Source: Camelus ferus (lineage: Eukaryota). From it: a stretch of DNA of 64,000 nucleotides. The first letter of the stretch is position 1; every line of letters starts with the position of its first letter. Below are positions 36,607 through 47,867 of this stretch, piece by piece. The position numbers were made by a program, and so were the translations under genes. The notes under the pieces are model-generated. The model saw only the letters and a list, made by a program, of their open reading frames with translations, was not told where the DNA came from and made no database searches. The stretch lies in assembly GCF_009834535.1 (NCBI RefSeq), contig NC_045698.1:9550001-9614000 (forward strand), written 5' to 3'.

Positions 36607-37414
36607 TCCCTTTCAGATCAATGCACAAATCTGGAGCTCAGATTGGGAGTGATAATCTCCCTCTTAGGTAATTCTTTGAGGCTGCGGCCATAGACATGCC
36701 CCTGGGGAACAGCTATGAGGGATCCTATACTTTCTTCTCTCCTTGTAAGTTACCATAACTAAACTTTACTGTTACCAGCATCGTGTGTTTGGCGGGCATG
36801 GATAATCATGCATCTTGTGCAACAAGATAGACGCTCAATAGACCTTAATTGAATGAATAGACACATTAAAAAGGTAGTGCAAGAAACTGGAAATTGGATG
36901 AGGACATTCTGGTATGTCAAAATTGATCAAGACAATGAATAGGACACTTGTCATCCCTCCCAAAAGCAACACTTTAGTTACTTGATTTGCTCTATCCTGA
37001 AAAAAGACATTTTTGATTTATACATTTAATGAGACCTGCACTGATGCAGAAGAGCAATCTCTCTGCATCAATTTAAAGAACCTGTTTCACAGGCTAAAAC
37101 TGAGGGAACTTGAATGCCGCACTTATTAGAAATCATAGATAATCCTAATAGATAATATAATGGTACTATAATAAATTAGGGCTCTTCAGAAAAGCACAAA
37201 TCAGATAAAATGCCTCCCATAGGATTACTCAGTGAACAAGGGGAAGTACTGAATCAAAAATATATAATGAAGTAAATGATATAAACTATAAAAGAACATG
37301 TATTATCCATGCTTAATCTGGGACAAGGATATATATTGTAAAGCAGAATAATGAACTATTATTAGTTATGAAATTAAATAGAAATAATAATGAGATGTTA
37401 TAGAAAAATATGAG

Positions 37415-39712
37415 AGAGAACAAAGTCATTGGGATCCCTCAGGAATACACTCTGCAATGGAGATCTGCGTGAAGAAATTTTATTAAGTACGGTTCTTGGG
37501 AGTAACGTCTGAGAAGGAGTGAAGGAAATAAAGATACGCAGTGAGATAAATCAAATTGAGATTAAGCTACAATAAAAGCCTTAACTGATCTTGGGGGTGC
37601 TATGGAAATAGGATGGTCCTTCGAGTTGTTTCCCACTGACAGAAGGAGTGGAATTTTCATCTTCTCACAATCACCGGATATAAACTTCCCCTGGGGATGT
37701 GTCATAACCTTAGAAGAGGCAGCTCCTTTGAGGGTAAGTTCTCAAGAGGGACTCAGATTTGAATCTTTATCAAGTATCACTCTAAGAAAACAGGAGAAAT
37801 GAGTGCCTTGGTTCTGGGTGGGGGGCGGATCTGGGCGGTGCACCACGTCACTCAGCATGGTCCATCCCTTGCTCTACTAATTGCTGTTTGCTTCATAAAC
37901 ATGTTGACCTCATCAAGGAGTGTCTCCTCCAAGATTCAAATTTGTCCCTTTCCCTAGAGAAAATTACAAGAGAGAGGAGAGTGGAGTGCTAGTCACAGGG
38001 CTGCAGGGAATCCTTACCATCTTTCTCTTCTGTTATCTTCTCTAGACTTCTTATCTTCACTAGCAATAATCCTGTTCTACATAGCTTAGTGGGTAAATTG
38101 ACCCATATCTCATTACTGAGAGGTTTGGAGCTACTGGTCATTATGCCTTTTTCATGTCAGGAGTGCTTCTCCATTGGGAAGGGGCTCTCAAAGCCATCTG
38201 GGTGCTAAATATATTCTTTCTGCTCTTATTACTTTATAGCAACCCTACCTACTTTTGATACTCAGTCACTACCTCCTACAGAATGCACATTCCTTCCCTT
38301 GCTTGCTAGTCTTTTGGCACAAGAGGCTCAAAGGAATGAGAGGTAGTCACTGCACTCTGTTTTGTCAATAGAAGGGATTACCACCACCACCCCACGCCCA
38401 GGAGGAACAGCTTTTATTCTACAAAGTGTAAAGGTGTGGGGCTGAGATACACAAACTCCTCAAGAGGGCCACTGGGAATAAGGGCCAATCCAATTTCCAT
38501 CTTTGGCTCTCATACTATTTATTCTGCCTTTCAGGGACATAGTACCATAAAACTGTCACAAATTCAGGGTATGTACTATATTCTGAAAGGAGGATGACAC
38601 TCAATGATCACAGAATGTCTGCATTTTCAAACATCTGTTCCAGACTCTGCTTCTGAATAATGTGATATTTAATAGAACCAGTGGAGGTACCCTCTATCAC
38701 CCTTGGTCCAATGTAATACTAAATAAGATCCAAATAAATAACCTGTGCATGCATATCAAATCATCTGTAAGCCCTCAGGGAGTGGTGCTAGCTCAGGCCC
38801 TGTGGGCAGGAAAGATAATACATATGTGAAATATATGTTGGTTCTATTCAATCCATCACACCCACCTGTTTGCTTGCAAGGTCAGTGCAGGAGTGCCAGC
38901 CTTTACAGGCAGAGATGGGCCACTTCTACAGGTCCGGAACAGTCAAGAAAAACTAGGGATTCAAGGTTGTCAGGTGCATCAACACAGATGTCTGTTATCT
39001 CAGATCTCAGTGTCCCATATTTATCTGATTTGTTATTCTTGGTATAGCAGACTTCATGAGGTGGAAATTTTAACATTCTCTAGAGCCCTGGTACCCTTAT
39101 CATTAAGTTCTGGGACTGATCCTTAGCTTTTTCTGCCCTTGGTTTCCAGAAGGTGAGATTTTTATGTTTCCAAGGGGGCTATGTGAATTTCACACTGAAG
39201 CCCAAATGGATAATTAATTACCTTAAGTGTTTAATTTTTTCTCTGATACACCAATAGCACTTCAGCAGGAGCCATTCTTTTCCATAGTTCTATTATTATT
39301 AATTATCCTAAACATTTCAAGTTCCTGTCCCAAAAAACACTACATTCCTTTTGACTGCACTCCATCCCAATTCAATGCTGTTGAAAGTTTTACCATTTCA
39401 CCACTATATACAACAGTTACAAAAGAGGCCTCAGCCTGTCCCATGGAAAGCTCTGCAGCTGAGATGGCCCTTAAGAGATGTCTCAATTAAAGAAAGAGGG
39501 CCAGGACAGGAACTGCTTCACATCACTGAGCCATTCCATGTGGACTTCCCTGTGGGATTGCACATAACCTCCATGAGGACATTCCTCTCAGCTGCAAGCA
39601 GTCCTGACTAGGGGCTGAGCTGTGAGCTACTGGCAAGAAACACTCTTAGGGTGGGGGAAATGAGTGCCTTGGAATCTGGAACCTACAGTGCACCACTGCA
39701 TGCCCTGTACGA
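37415..39712 (-). mobile_element. internally deleted ERVL provirus with two LTR33-like LTRs (~37415-37859, ~39410-39712)
   Basis: Both ends share antisense LTR33 motifs ('gcctcagc..tcccatggaaagctctgcagctgagatggccctt', 'aaatgagtgccttgg', 'gtgcaccac'); PPT-like AAGGGATGGAC on the minus strand at 37860-37870; ERVL pol-like remnants between. Confidence 0.75.
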
Positions 39713-40249
39713 CGTTATTGGTAAATATGCATGAGACTAAAATCCACAACGAGGCTAAATCAACTTAGAACTGCAACAGAATGAGTAATCTGTGGGAAAA
39801 TGTGTCCCACAAGCAGTTTGGAACAATAACAGTGGTAATACTAACCTAAAAACAATAGATAATAAGTTTCTGTAAAGTCTTACAAGATGTTGAAGCAGAC
39901 TATCTCACACTTTAAAGAATGTCCTATTGGAAGAAATCTTATGTGGTGATAAAAAGAAATTCAACAGTTCCATATATGAAATTACGAGGTAAAGGAGTCC
40001 TTTTAAAAAGTCTTTATTTTATAATTAAACCCTACTCATTCATCTCAATTCCCCTAGAATATATTTTTTGAAAAGGGTGGGTTAATTCTCTCTTTGTACC
40101 TTCTGCCCAAAGGGTCATTAATTTTTCTAAGGTGGTAGTCAAAGGAAAGTATTACTAAAGAAAATTACTCATATCAGAATGTAAAAGTATTAAAAATAAC
40201 CTGTGCATATGTAAAGTATATAACAGGAAATGACATTCATATAAACAAT

Positions 40250-40400
40250 AGACGTCCACTAGATTGTGAGTTCTTGGAGAGCAGGGATCATGTCTTATTC
40301 ATTGATATATACCAAATACCTGCCACAACACATTGCAAAGAAAAATGCTTGATAAAAATTTTATGACTGAGGGAGCCGATTAAGAAATTGATGAATATAA
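40250..40400 (+). mobile_element. L2 3' end
   Basis: 'ccactagattgtgagttcttggagagcagggatcatgtcttattcatt'. Confidence 0.75.
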
Positions 40401-40784
40401 AATCTGTGCTTACGCTCAAAATTCACATCAAGTGTCTAGCAAGTGATTTGTCTGAGGTTGACTGAGACATGTTTTGAATAAAGTTGTGAACATAAAAAGT
40501 ATCCTCACATCCTTTAATCACAGGAATTACGTAGTTTACTAAAGGAAATTTAAAGTTCTTTTCCTAAAAATCGGTACATAGTAGCCCTGTGTTAGCCAAT
40601 ACTATTCAAGCAGCATGAACTGGTTGAGAATGAATTACATGACAAGTTGCTGCTCGGTGCTAGGATGCAGGATAAATAATACACAATTCCTTCCTCTAAG
40701 GAATCTATAGTTTTCAACTGATGGTAGCATTCATGTGAAATCTAGTTATGATCAGGCAAAATAACATAAGAATGAAGCTAGAAG

Positions 40785-41572
40785 TATGTGGTTGAGTTTG
40801 ACAATTCCCTACTCAGCTACCATTTTTCCCTCCTTGAGTAACAGAATCAATTTTTAGCTGGATACATAACCCTCGAGAGTAATTGTTCCCCAGACTCCTT
40901 TGTTCATGCAGGAGCCATGTATTACAGGCTGAATGTTTGTGTCCACTGTAAAAGTTCATACTTTGAAGTCCTAACCCCCATATGATGGTATCAGGAAGTG
41001 GGGCCTGAAGGAGGTGATTAGGTCATGAGAGTTGAGTACTCCTTAGTTCCCTTATAAGAGACCCCAGAGAGCTCTCTCACTCCTTAGACCCTGTGAAGAC
41101 ACAGTGAGATGATGGCTGTCTGTGAACCAGCAAAAGAGTTCTTGCCAGACGCCAAATCTGCCAGCTCCTTTGTCTTGAACTTCTCAGCCTCCAGAACTCT
41201 GAGGAATAAATGTCTTTTGTTCAACAATCTCAGGTTATGGTATTTTTGTGATAGCAGCCAAGCTAAGACACCATGTGACCGATCTCTGATAGATGGAGTA
41301 TAACCAAGGTTTCTGAGAGAAGTCCAGGAAAGTCTCTTTAAAAAGAGCCAAATCCTTAGAATAGGGACGTAATGACCAGAGTTCCAGAAGCCATCTTGTA
41401 CCATGAGGGAACGTTGAAGAAGGAAGCCTCATGCTGAGTCTCTGATGGTTAAAGCAACCACACTATCAGTGTGGAAAAAAAGAAACTTCTCTCATTCTTA
41501 AGCCACTTTATCTTGTTTAGATTTGTTTGTATACTCTATTAAGTAAAGGCAAACATAAATCTAGTGGATACT
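40785..41572 (+). mobile_element. old MaLR LTR (MLT1J-like) split by a younger MLT1
   Basis: 'cttgagtaacagaatcaatttttagctgg...ttccccagactccttt...gccatg|tgacc...cagaagccatcttgtaccatgaggg...tttaagccact'. Confidence 0.65.
40920..41270 (+). mobile_element. MaLR LTR, MLT1A-like, nested
   Basis: 'ctgaatgtttgtgtcc...ggaggtgattaggtcatgag...ctccagaactctgaggaataaa...agctaagaca'; perfect TSD ccatg (40915-40919 / 41271-41275). Confidence 0.9.
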
Positions 41573-42402
41573 AGAGAAATGAAAAAGCAGTAACTTATTC
41601 TTATAGGAGAATTGGGAGTTTTAGGGAGGAGGTATCTTTTGAGCTAGACCTGAGAGAATGAGAAAGAAGTTGTCCTTCTGTAAGTCCTGAACTCAGCTTT
41701 TATCACTGGCATGAAAAATATTAGCGATGTATATGAAAATATTTGTGCACAATCAATTCCAATGGAATAGTCAGGAATAAGTTATATTTATTGAAGTTCA
41801 GTTGTTCCAGGCTTCCTACTTAGTTATGTCTATATTCAAAAGTATCCTTTGAATCTCTGAAATGAAAGCCATAATTTATTTGCCTATGAAAGACAAAATT
41901 ATTCAACTCAGATCACAATTTTAAAAGCATGCTTTAAAAAAACACACAACAGCCACTTACGCTTTCAAAACAACTAATTTTGAAAGCAGAAATGTATAAA
42001 TGCGTGTGTTTTCACGTATACAGAAAATGACCTACTTCGATACCATTAAATATAGAGCACATTATTTTGGTATCATATTAAATATAAAAAGATATGGCAC
42101 AGAGCCTCCTGCAGATACCAGTGCAAAACCAACAGAAAAGTTTATGAAAAACCTGTTCACTCCATTGACAGTTATTTGTAGACTACAGCAATTTTTGCAA
42201 AGTAGGTTACTGCCTTCCTTGATGAATATATAGGTTGACATGCATTCCTGGAAAGAGTGGATATGGGGTTTGAGAGAAGGGGGAAGGAGAATACTGAGGA
42301 GCTATTGCAAATTATAAAATATCTAACCTAAATGTGTTCTTGGAGAGAGCCCTGAGGTGAATATTTTAGTAAAGCAAATAATGTTTCTGTAATTTTTTAA
42401 AA

Positions 42403-42910
42403 TTGTTTCTATCAAAAACTATGAACAGAGTCTGAGGGCTACCTTACTTGCATGCTAACAAGTTGCAAGGTAACCAGCTTCCTTGAGACTGCTGGAAGAA
42501 TAGAGACTCCTGGGTCAGAGATAAAGGGCAGTCATGGCACTGCAAGCAACCTGAGCTTCGTGCTCACGTACACTTCTCCTGTACCCTGAATCCCATCGAG
42601 GCAATGCAGAAAGGCACAGGAGAATGCTGCACACGCAATAGGTTGGTGACCCAGAACGTGAATATTTTATAAAGAACTGCAAGGAAGCTTTCCCGACCTT
42701 GGCCAAACAGGAACATCCTGGAAAGTAAGCAAATCTGCTCTTTGCTGTGGAGAGAGACGGTATCCTCCATTTTCCAAGGCTATACAGACGTCTTTAAGAA
42801 GATAGGCAGCACTTCTGATTACAAGAGTGCAGAAGCATGAGAAACCCCGGGAAAGTTGTCTCTCAGAGAAGTACATTCCTCTTTGAGCAACAAACCAAAA
42901 GCCAATACTG
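42403..42910 (-). mobile_element. ERVL LTR, MER54/MER73/MER74-like
   Basis: 'ttacttgcatgctaacaagtt...gctggaagaatagagactcctgggtcagagataaagg' matches the recalled antisense pattern of this group. Confidence 0.6.
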
Positions 42911-42914
42911 TGGG

Positions 42915-45240
42915 AGATGAGTCAGGCTGGCAAGTATAAGGAATTGAAAGGGGGCCAGGAGATCTGTATCTGCAGCCAGCGAAGGAGGAAGAGGAAGCAC
43001 AGAATAAGACAAAGTTAGAGAAAGAAGCAAGAAGTGGATTATATTGGGACTTTTAATCCATGCATAGAAAGTGGGTTTTATTCTGAAGACAAAGGGAATC
43101 ATTGAATATTTTCAAGCAAGGGAAGATCACGCTCTGCAATGTAATTTATATTTTTTAAATATTACATCTTAAAATATTACAGGTATTGGTCAAAGGGTCA
43201 AAGTTCCAGTTATTCAAGATGAATAAGTCCTAGTGATCTGCTATACAGCATAGGGCCCATAGTTAACAATACTGTATAATATATTTTAAACATTGCTAAG
43301 AGAGAAGATCTTATGTTAAGTGTTCTTGTTACAAAATAATAAAAAAAAAAAAAATACAAAGGGTGGAAGGAAACTTTTGGAAGTAATGGGGGAAAAAAAT
43401 CTCATTGGCCCCGGTTTTAGGAATGTTCATATGGAAGGAGCAAGAAAAAGAGTAGCCACAGGTAGATCACTTATGAGGAAACAAAATGATGGAGACAAGG
43501 ACTAGCGTGGCGGTGGGGGAGATGGAAAGATGGGAACGAAGTCTGTGTCTGTTCTGAAGATAGAAATGATAGAACTTAGTGATGAACTGGGTGTGAAGCA
43601 CTGACTAAGAGGAATGAAGCAATAATCGTGCTAAGTTTATTGCCTTGATTAAGTGTTGCAGACGATAATGACTTTGACTTGAGTGAGTGAAAGAACAAGG
43701 ATCGTGGAAGGGATGGTGGGAACTAAGAGCTCTGTTTTGGAAATGTTAAGTTGGAAATTCCCATTATGCTTTTAAGGGAAGATTTTTAGATGGACAGTTG
43801 GATACATAAGACAGATCAAGGGCTGGATTTGGGCAGAAGATACGTACATATTTGGAAGTCATAAGTAATATGGCATGTAAAGACACAAGAATAAATGAGG
43901 ACACTATATACAGAAAAGAATAGAGTGGAATGCTGTGGCAAAGAGATTGACATGATCAGATAAGACAGGATAGCAAGACAAAAGAGCAAGAGAAGGGGCC
44001 TCAAATTAGGTAAATCGATATTCAAGTTAGTGTGGTGTCATAGGAGCAGAGAAGAGAATATTTCAAAAAGCCATGTCAAAAGCTTCTGAAAAGTCAAGTA
44101 ACACAAAGACAGAGAAGTGTCCACTAGATTTAGCAGCATGGAGTTTTTTGATGATCTGACCAAGGATGGTTTCACTGGAAGCCAAAGATACATTAAAAAT
44201 GGATTTAAGTTTTACCACCACCAGAAATGATAACAACATTATAGAAAAACCATATTATTTGCATTAAATTAGCTAATACTTCAGTGGCAATCATATTGCA
44301 ATATAAATGTATCAAGTCAATGTTATATGTCAATTCTATCTCAATTTTAAAAAGTGAGAATTTTGATAAAGTTTAAAAATGAGCATGCATTCAAAGGTAT
44401 TTTCTTTCAGTACGTTATAGAATACTGCTTACTGTAACATAGTCCCATCTGCTTTATCACTAAACTGAGAGATCTTAGAGGACAGACGCAGTGACTTGCA
44501 CCTTGGTATCAAGGATATGCAATGTGCATTTAATAAAGATTTAGAACAAACTGGCGTAGATTGAGGAGGAAACAATAATAGGTGAGGACTGAAGAATGGT
44601 AAGCATAGTTAACTCCTTTCCAGAGATCTGTTCTGGCACACAACAGAGATGTAGGGCTAGAGGAGTCTATGAGGTCAAAAAATCTGTTTTTAATGGGAGA
44701 TGGTAGAGCATATTTCATATTAATGGGAAAGAACCAGAAAAGACTGTGATGCTGGGGCCCAGTGTGGAGGTCAGTCTTTGGAAAGGCAAAGAGGGCAAGT
44801 GGAGAAATTTATGTTCCTGCAGCTCAAAGGTAATTGTTCCACAAAATAGGAGGGTAAATGTAAAATCTATGCATAGGAGAAATTATATATGAAGCTTTGG
44901 CAGAAACGGAAAGAGGTTCTACTCTAATGTAACTTCTGTTTTCTCAATGAAGTATTGTTCCTCACATTTTTTCTTAATGAAGTGTCTTATTTTCTCAGTG
45001 AAAAGTGGAGGTCAGGAGTTGAACATGTGGATGAGGGAGGCATAGGGACCGGAGAGGGTAGGTAGACTGAAAAAAAGAAAAGAGAGTGAGGGAAAATGAA
45101 CCTCCTAGCGAGAATAACTCTTTTGGGAGGTTATGATTTTGTTTGTTCCTACAGAATGAACATGGGTCTAAGAAGGTTGTGACTAGAGAGCAGGAAGAGA
45201 GCTCAGGTCAAACTGAGGAGGAATTAGAAGGGCTTGATAA
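42915..45240 (-). mobile_element. fragmented L2 (antisense) with small inserted L1/L2 pieces
   Basis: Purine-rich antisense L2 motifs 'tttggaaatgttaagttggaaatt', 'agagaagtgtccactagatttagcagcatggag', 'gttttaatgggagatggtagagcatattt'. Confidence 0.65.
43180..43392 (+). mobile_element. L1MA-like 3'UTR fragment
   Basis: 'ttggtcaaagggtcaaaagttccagtta...gatgaataagtcctagtgatctgctatacagcat...atagttaacaatactgtat'. Confidence 0.8.
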
Positions 45241-45254
45241 TATACGTCTTGTTC

Positions 45255-45455
45255 ACAAGCCTGCTTGTGTTAGGTGCCTAATGTGTATTCTTTTAATTCC
45301 CAAAAATCATGAGGAAATTATGATTTTCCCATTTTACAGTTGGAAAAAAACAAGGCTCAAAGGTGTAACGCAGCTTTCTTAAGGTTAACCACAACCAATA
45401 AATAAGCAGAATTTAGATTCAAGATTAAGTCTGACTCAAAAGCTCACATTCTCCT
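45255..45455 (-). mobile_element. MIR SINE
   Basis: 'cccattttacagttggaaaaaaacaaggctcaaaggtgtaacgcagctttcttaaggt...agattcaaga...tctgactcaaaagctc'. Confidence 0.7.
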
Positions 45456-47492
45456 CCCAGCAGTGGGGAGCCATCAGAGACCTTAATTTGAAAAAGGTAT
45501 GCAAAGAGATCTCTGTTTCAGAAGACAATTTTTAGAAAAGTGGATAAATTGAAGGGACAGAGACAAGAGGGAACAACCAAGCAGCTTGGAGGGTATTGCA
45601 TTTGGTCAGCTATGCGCTGACGGTGCTCTCCCCAGCATCTACCTATTCACTCCCTCTCTGCCACATCAATTTGCTTCTATTCTGCTATGGATGGTTGTTA
45701 AAAAAAAAAAAAGGAGACGTTAATGCCATCTCTCTTGCTTCTCTCTTCACCTTCTCCCCCCAGCTTCAGAGCAAGTGGGGGTGGGGCAGTGAAGAGGGGA
45801 AAGATAGGAGGCAAGGACTTACAAAGTGCAAAGGCACGCTCAGTCACGCTCAGTCACACTGTCTCAGGACGTTTCAGGAATAGCTTAGCATGAGTAACCT
45901 GAAGTGAGTCTAGGTGCTAGAAGAGAGATGCGGTGCCCCAGGACACTGGCAAGACAACTCTGCTCTAAAGCCATCCTCCTCATGGGCTTGTTTTGCTTGG
46001 AAAACACATTCCCTTTTCACTTTGTGTGTGTGTGTATGAGGACTATGAAAAACTGAAGAGAACAGTATTTGAAGACAAATGACCCAATATTAATTTAAAA
46101 CCAAGGGCCTTATGTGGACACATTCTCAATGTTCTCCCTATGTTTGTAAAAAGCAGAAACGTTCTCCTAACAGGTGCACTTGCCATGTGAATGTCACCGT
46201 GGGCACACAAGGTGTTCTATCTGCAGCTGGGTCATTGAAACAAAGTGCAGAATAATGAAAACATACGACTGTTCAGATGCATTTGGAGAAAATCTTTTGC
46301 GCAATGGTAATTGATGCTCACTGAGGACAGGGGAACACAAGGAAAGTACTGTGATTCACTCCGTATTTCTGTTGCCACCCGCATAGCTACTCCACAGTCA
46401 GAATATAAATAAGATGTGAATTTGTCTTTGGGGCAGTATATAATTTCATGTATTTTTTTTCTGCTTTGGGTTTCCTTTTATTCCTTTTTTCACACAACAG
46501 CTTTCATTGATTTTTTTAATGTGCCATGTAGTATACATTTATTTCTTTCTTTTCCCTCATGGTGTGGGGGAAAATCCCTGAACAGATGTTGTGTTAAAAT
46601 TGCCAAACTCATTTTGCTTTCGATGTGCCATGTTCAAAGCTACTTTTCGGAGAACACATTGGAGAAAGGTACTCCTTGTTGTGTACTGCACGTTTAATAG
46701 CAGGAAGACAGTTGGAAATGCACTGTAACACAGCTCCTGAAAACGGCAGTGTCCTTGAGCATTCCAAGACAGGCGGAAGGAAGAACCCACCAAAGGCTTC
46801 TTAGGAAGAGACACAAAGTTTGCATTTACAAGTTTGTTAACTATTAAGAACAAGGTTACATATTTTTAAAAGATATCCATAGTAATGAAATGCTTAGGGC
46901 AGGAAGGAATTTAACCACTCAAAGATGCAATTTGAAAAGCATTAAAAATTAGAATCAAGTGGAAGGGGAAAATTCCAAAAATAAACAGCAAACCATTAGT
47001 AGCAAAATTTCCCCTAAAACCAGTTGGCAGTGAAATTTCACAAGTTAGGTCCTCATCCTCTTAAACACAAAGACGCAAATTCATAAACGCACATATACCT
47101 CACATTTTCCTCTTAGCCAAGCTGACCAGGGTGATATTGGACACTCAAAGTTGTGATAAGAACTTACTGAAGGTAAGCATTATTCTACCAGCTGGTACAG
47201 TGGTTTATATTCTGTGTCGTGGAAAGTAGGAGATTGAAATGGAGCCTTATTGAAACATAGCCTACCCTTAAAAGGAGGCATAGCCAGCCTGGCCATTTTT
47301 AACTGGGAAGATGCTGACATGATGGGCAGAAAGGTGAGACTTAGGGCCAGATTCAGGGTGTCTGCAGGTTTTATAAGGAAACTTATTATCCACGTGAACA
47401 AAAGACATTGGAATAAAAGGAGATGATTATGGAATGCTTTTGAGAGAGAACTGATGGTATTCCAAAAGTGATGAAATGGTATAAATGTGCAC

Positions 47493-47867
47493 TGCGTTCA
47501 TTTGCTAAGTCTCCATAACGCAGTACTGGATGGCTTAAACAATAGAAATCTGTTTCCTCACAGCCCGCTAGTCTCAAGTACAAAGTTGAGGTGTCAGCAA
47601 GGTTGGTTTCATTTTGAGGTCTCTCTCCTTGGCTTGTAGATGGTCACCTTTTCCCTGTGTCTTCACATGATCTACCTCCTGTGCTATATCTGTGTCCTAA
47701 TCTCCTCTTCCTATAAGAACGTTAATCATATTGTGCTAAGACTCACCCCAAGAATCTCATTAACGTTACTTACCTCTTTAAAGACATCATCTCATCAGTC
47801 ACTTTCTAAGGTTCTAGGGGTTAGAGCTTCAACACAGGAATTTTGAGACACAATTCAGCCTATAACA
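47493..47867 (-). mobile_element. MaLR LTR, MLT1A/B-like
   Basis: 'tggcttaaacaatagaaat...cttggcttgtagatggtcacc...cacaattcagcctataaca'; perfect TSD tgcac (47488-47492 / 47868-47872). Confidence 0.88.

Noticed and set aside
37042..37070. 12-bp bulged hairpin tgatgcagaagag / ctctctgcatca
   Set aside because: Too short for a pre-miRNA, with no supporting context.
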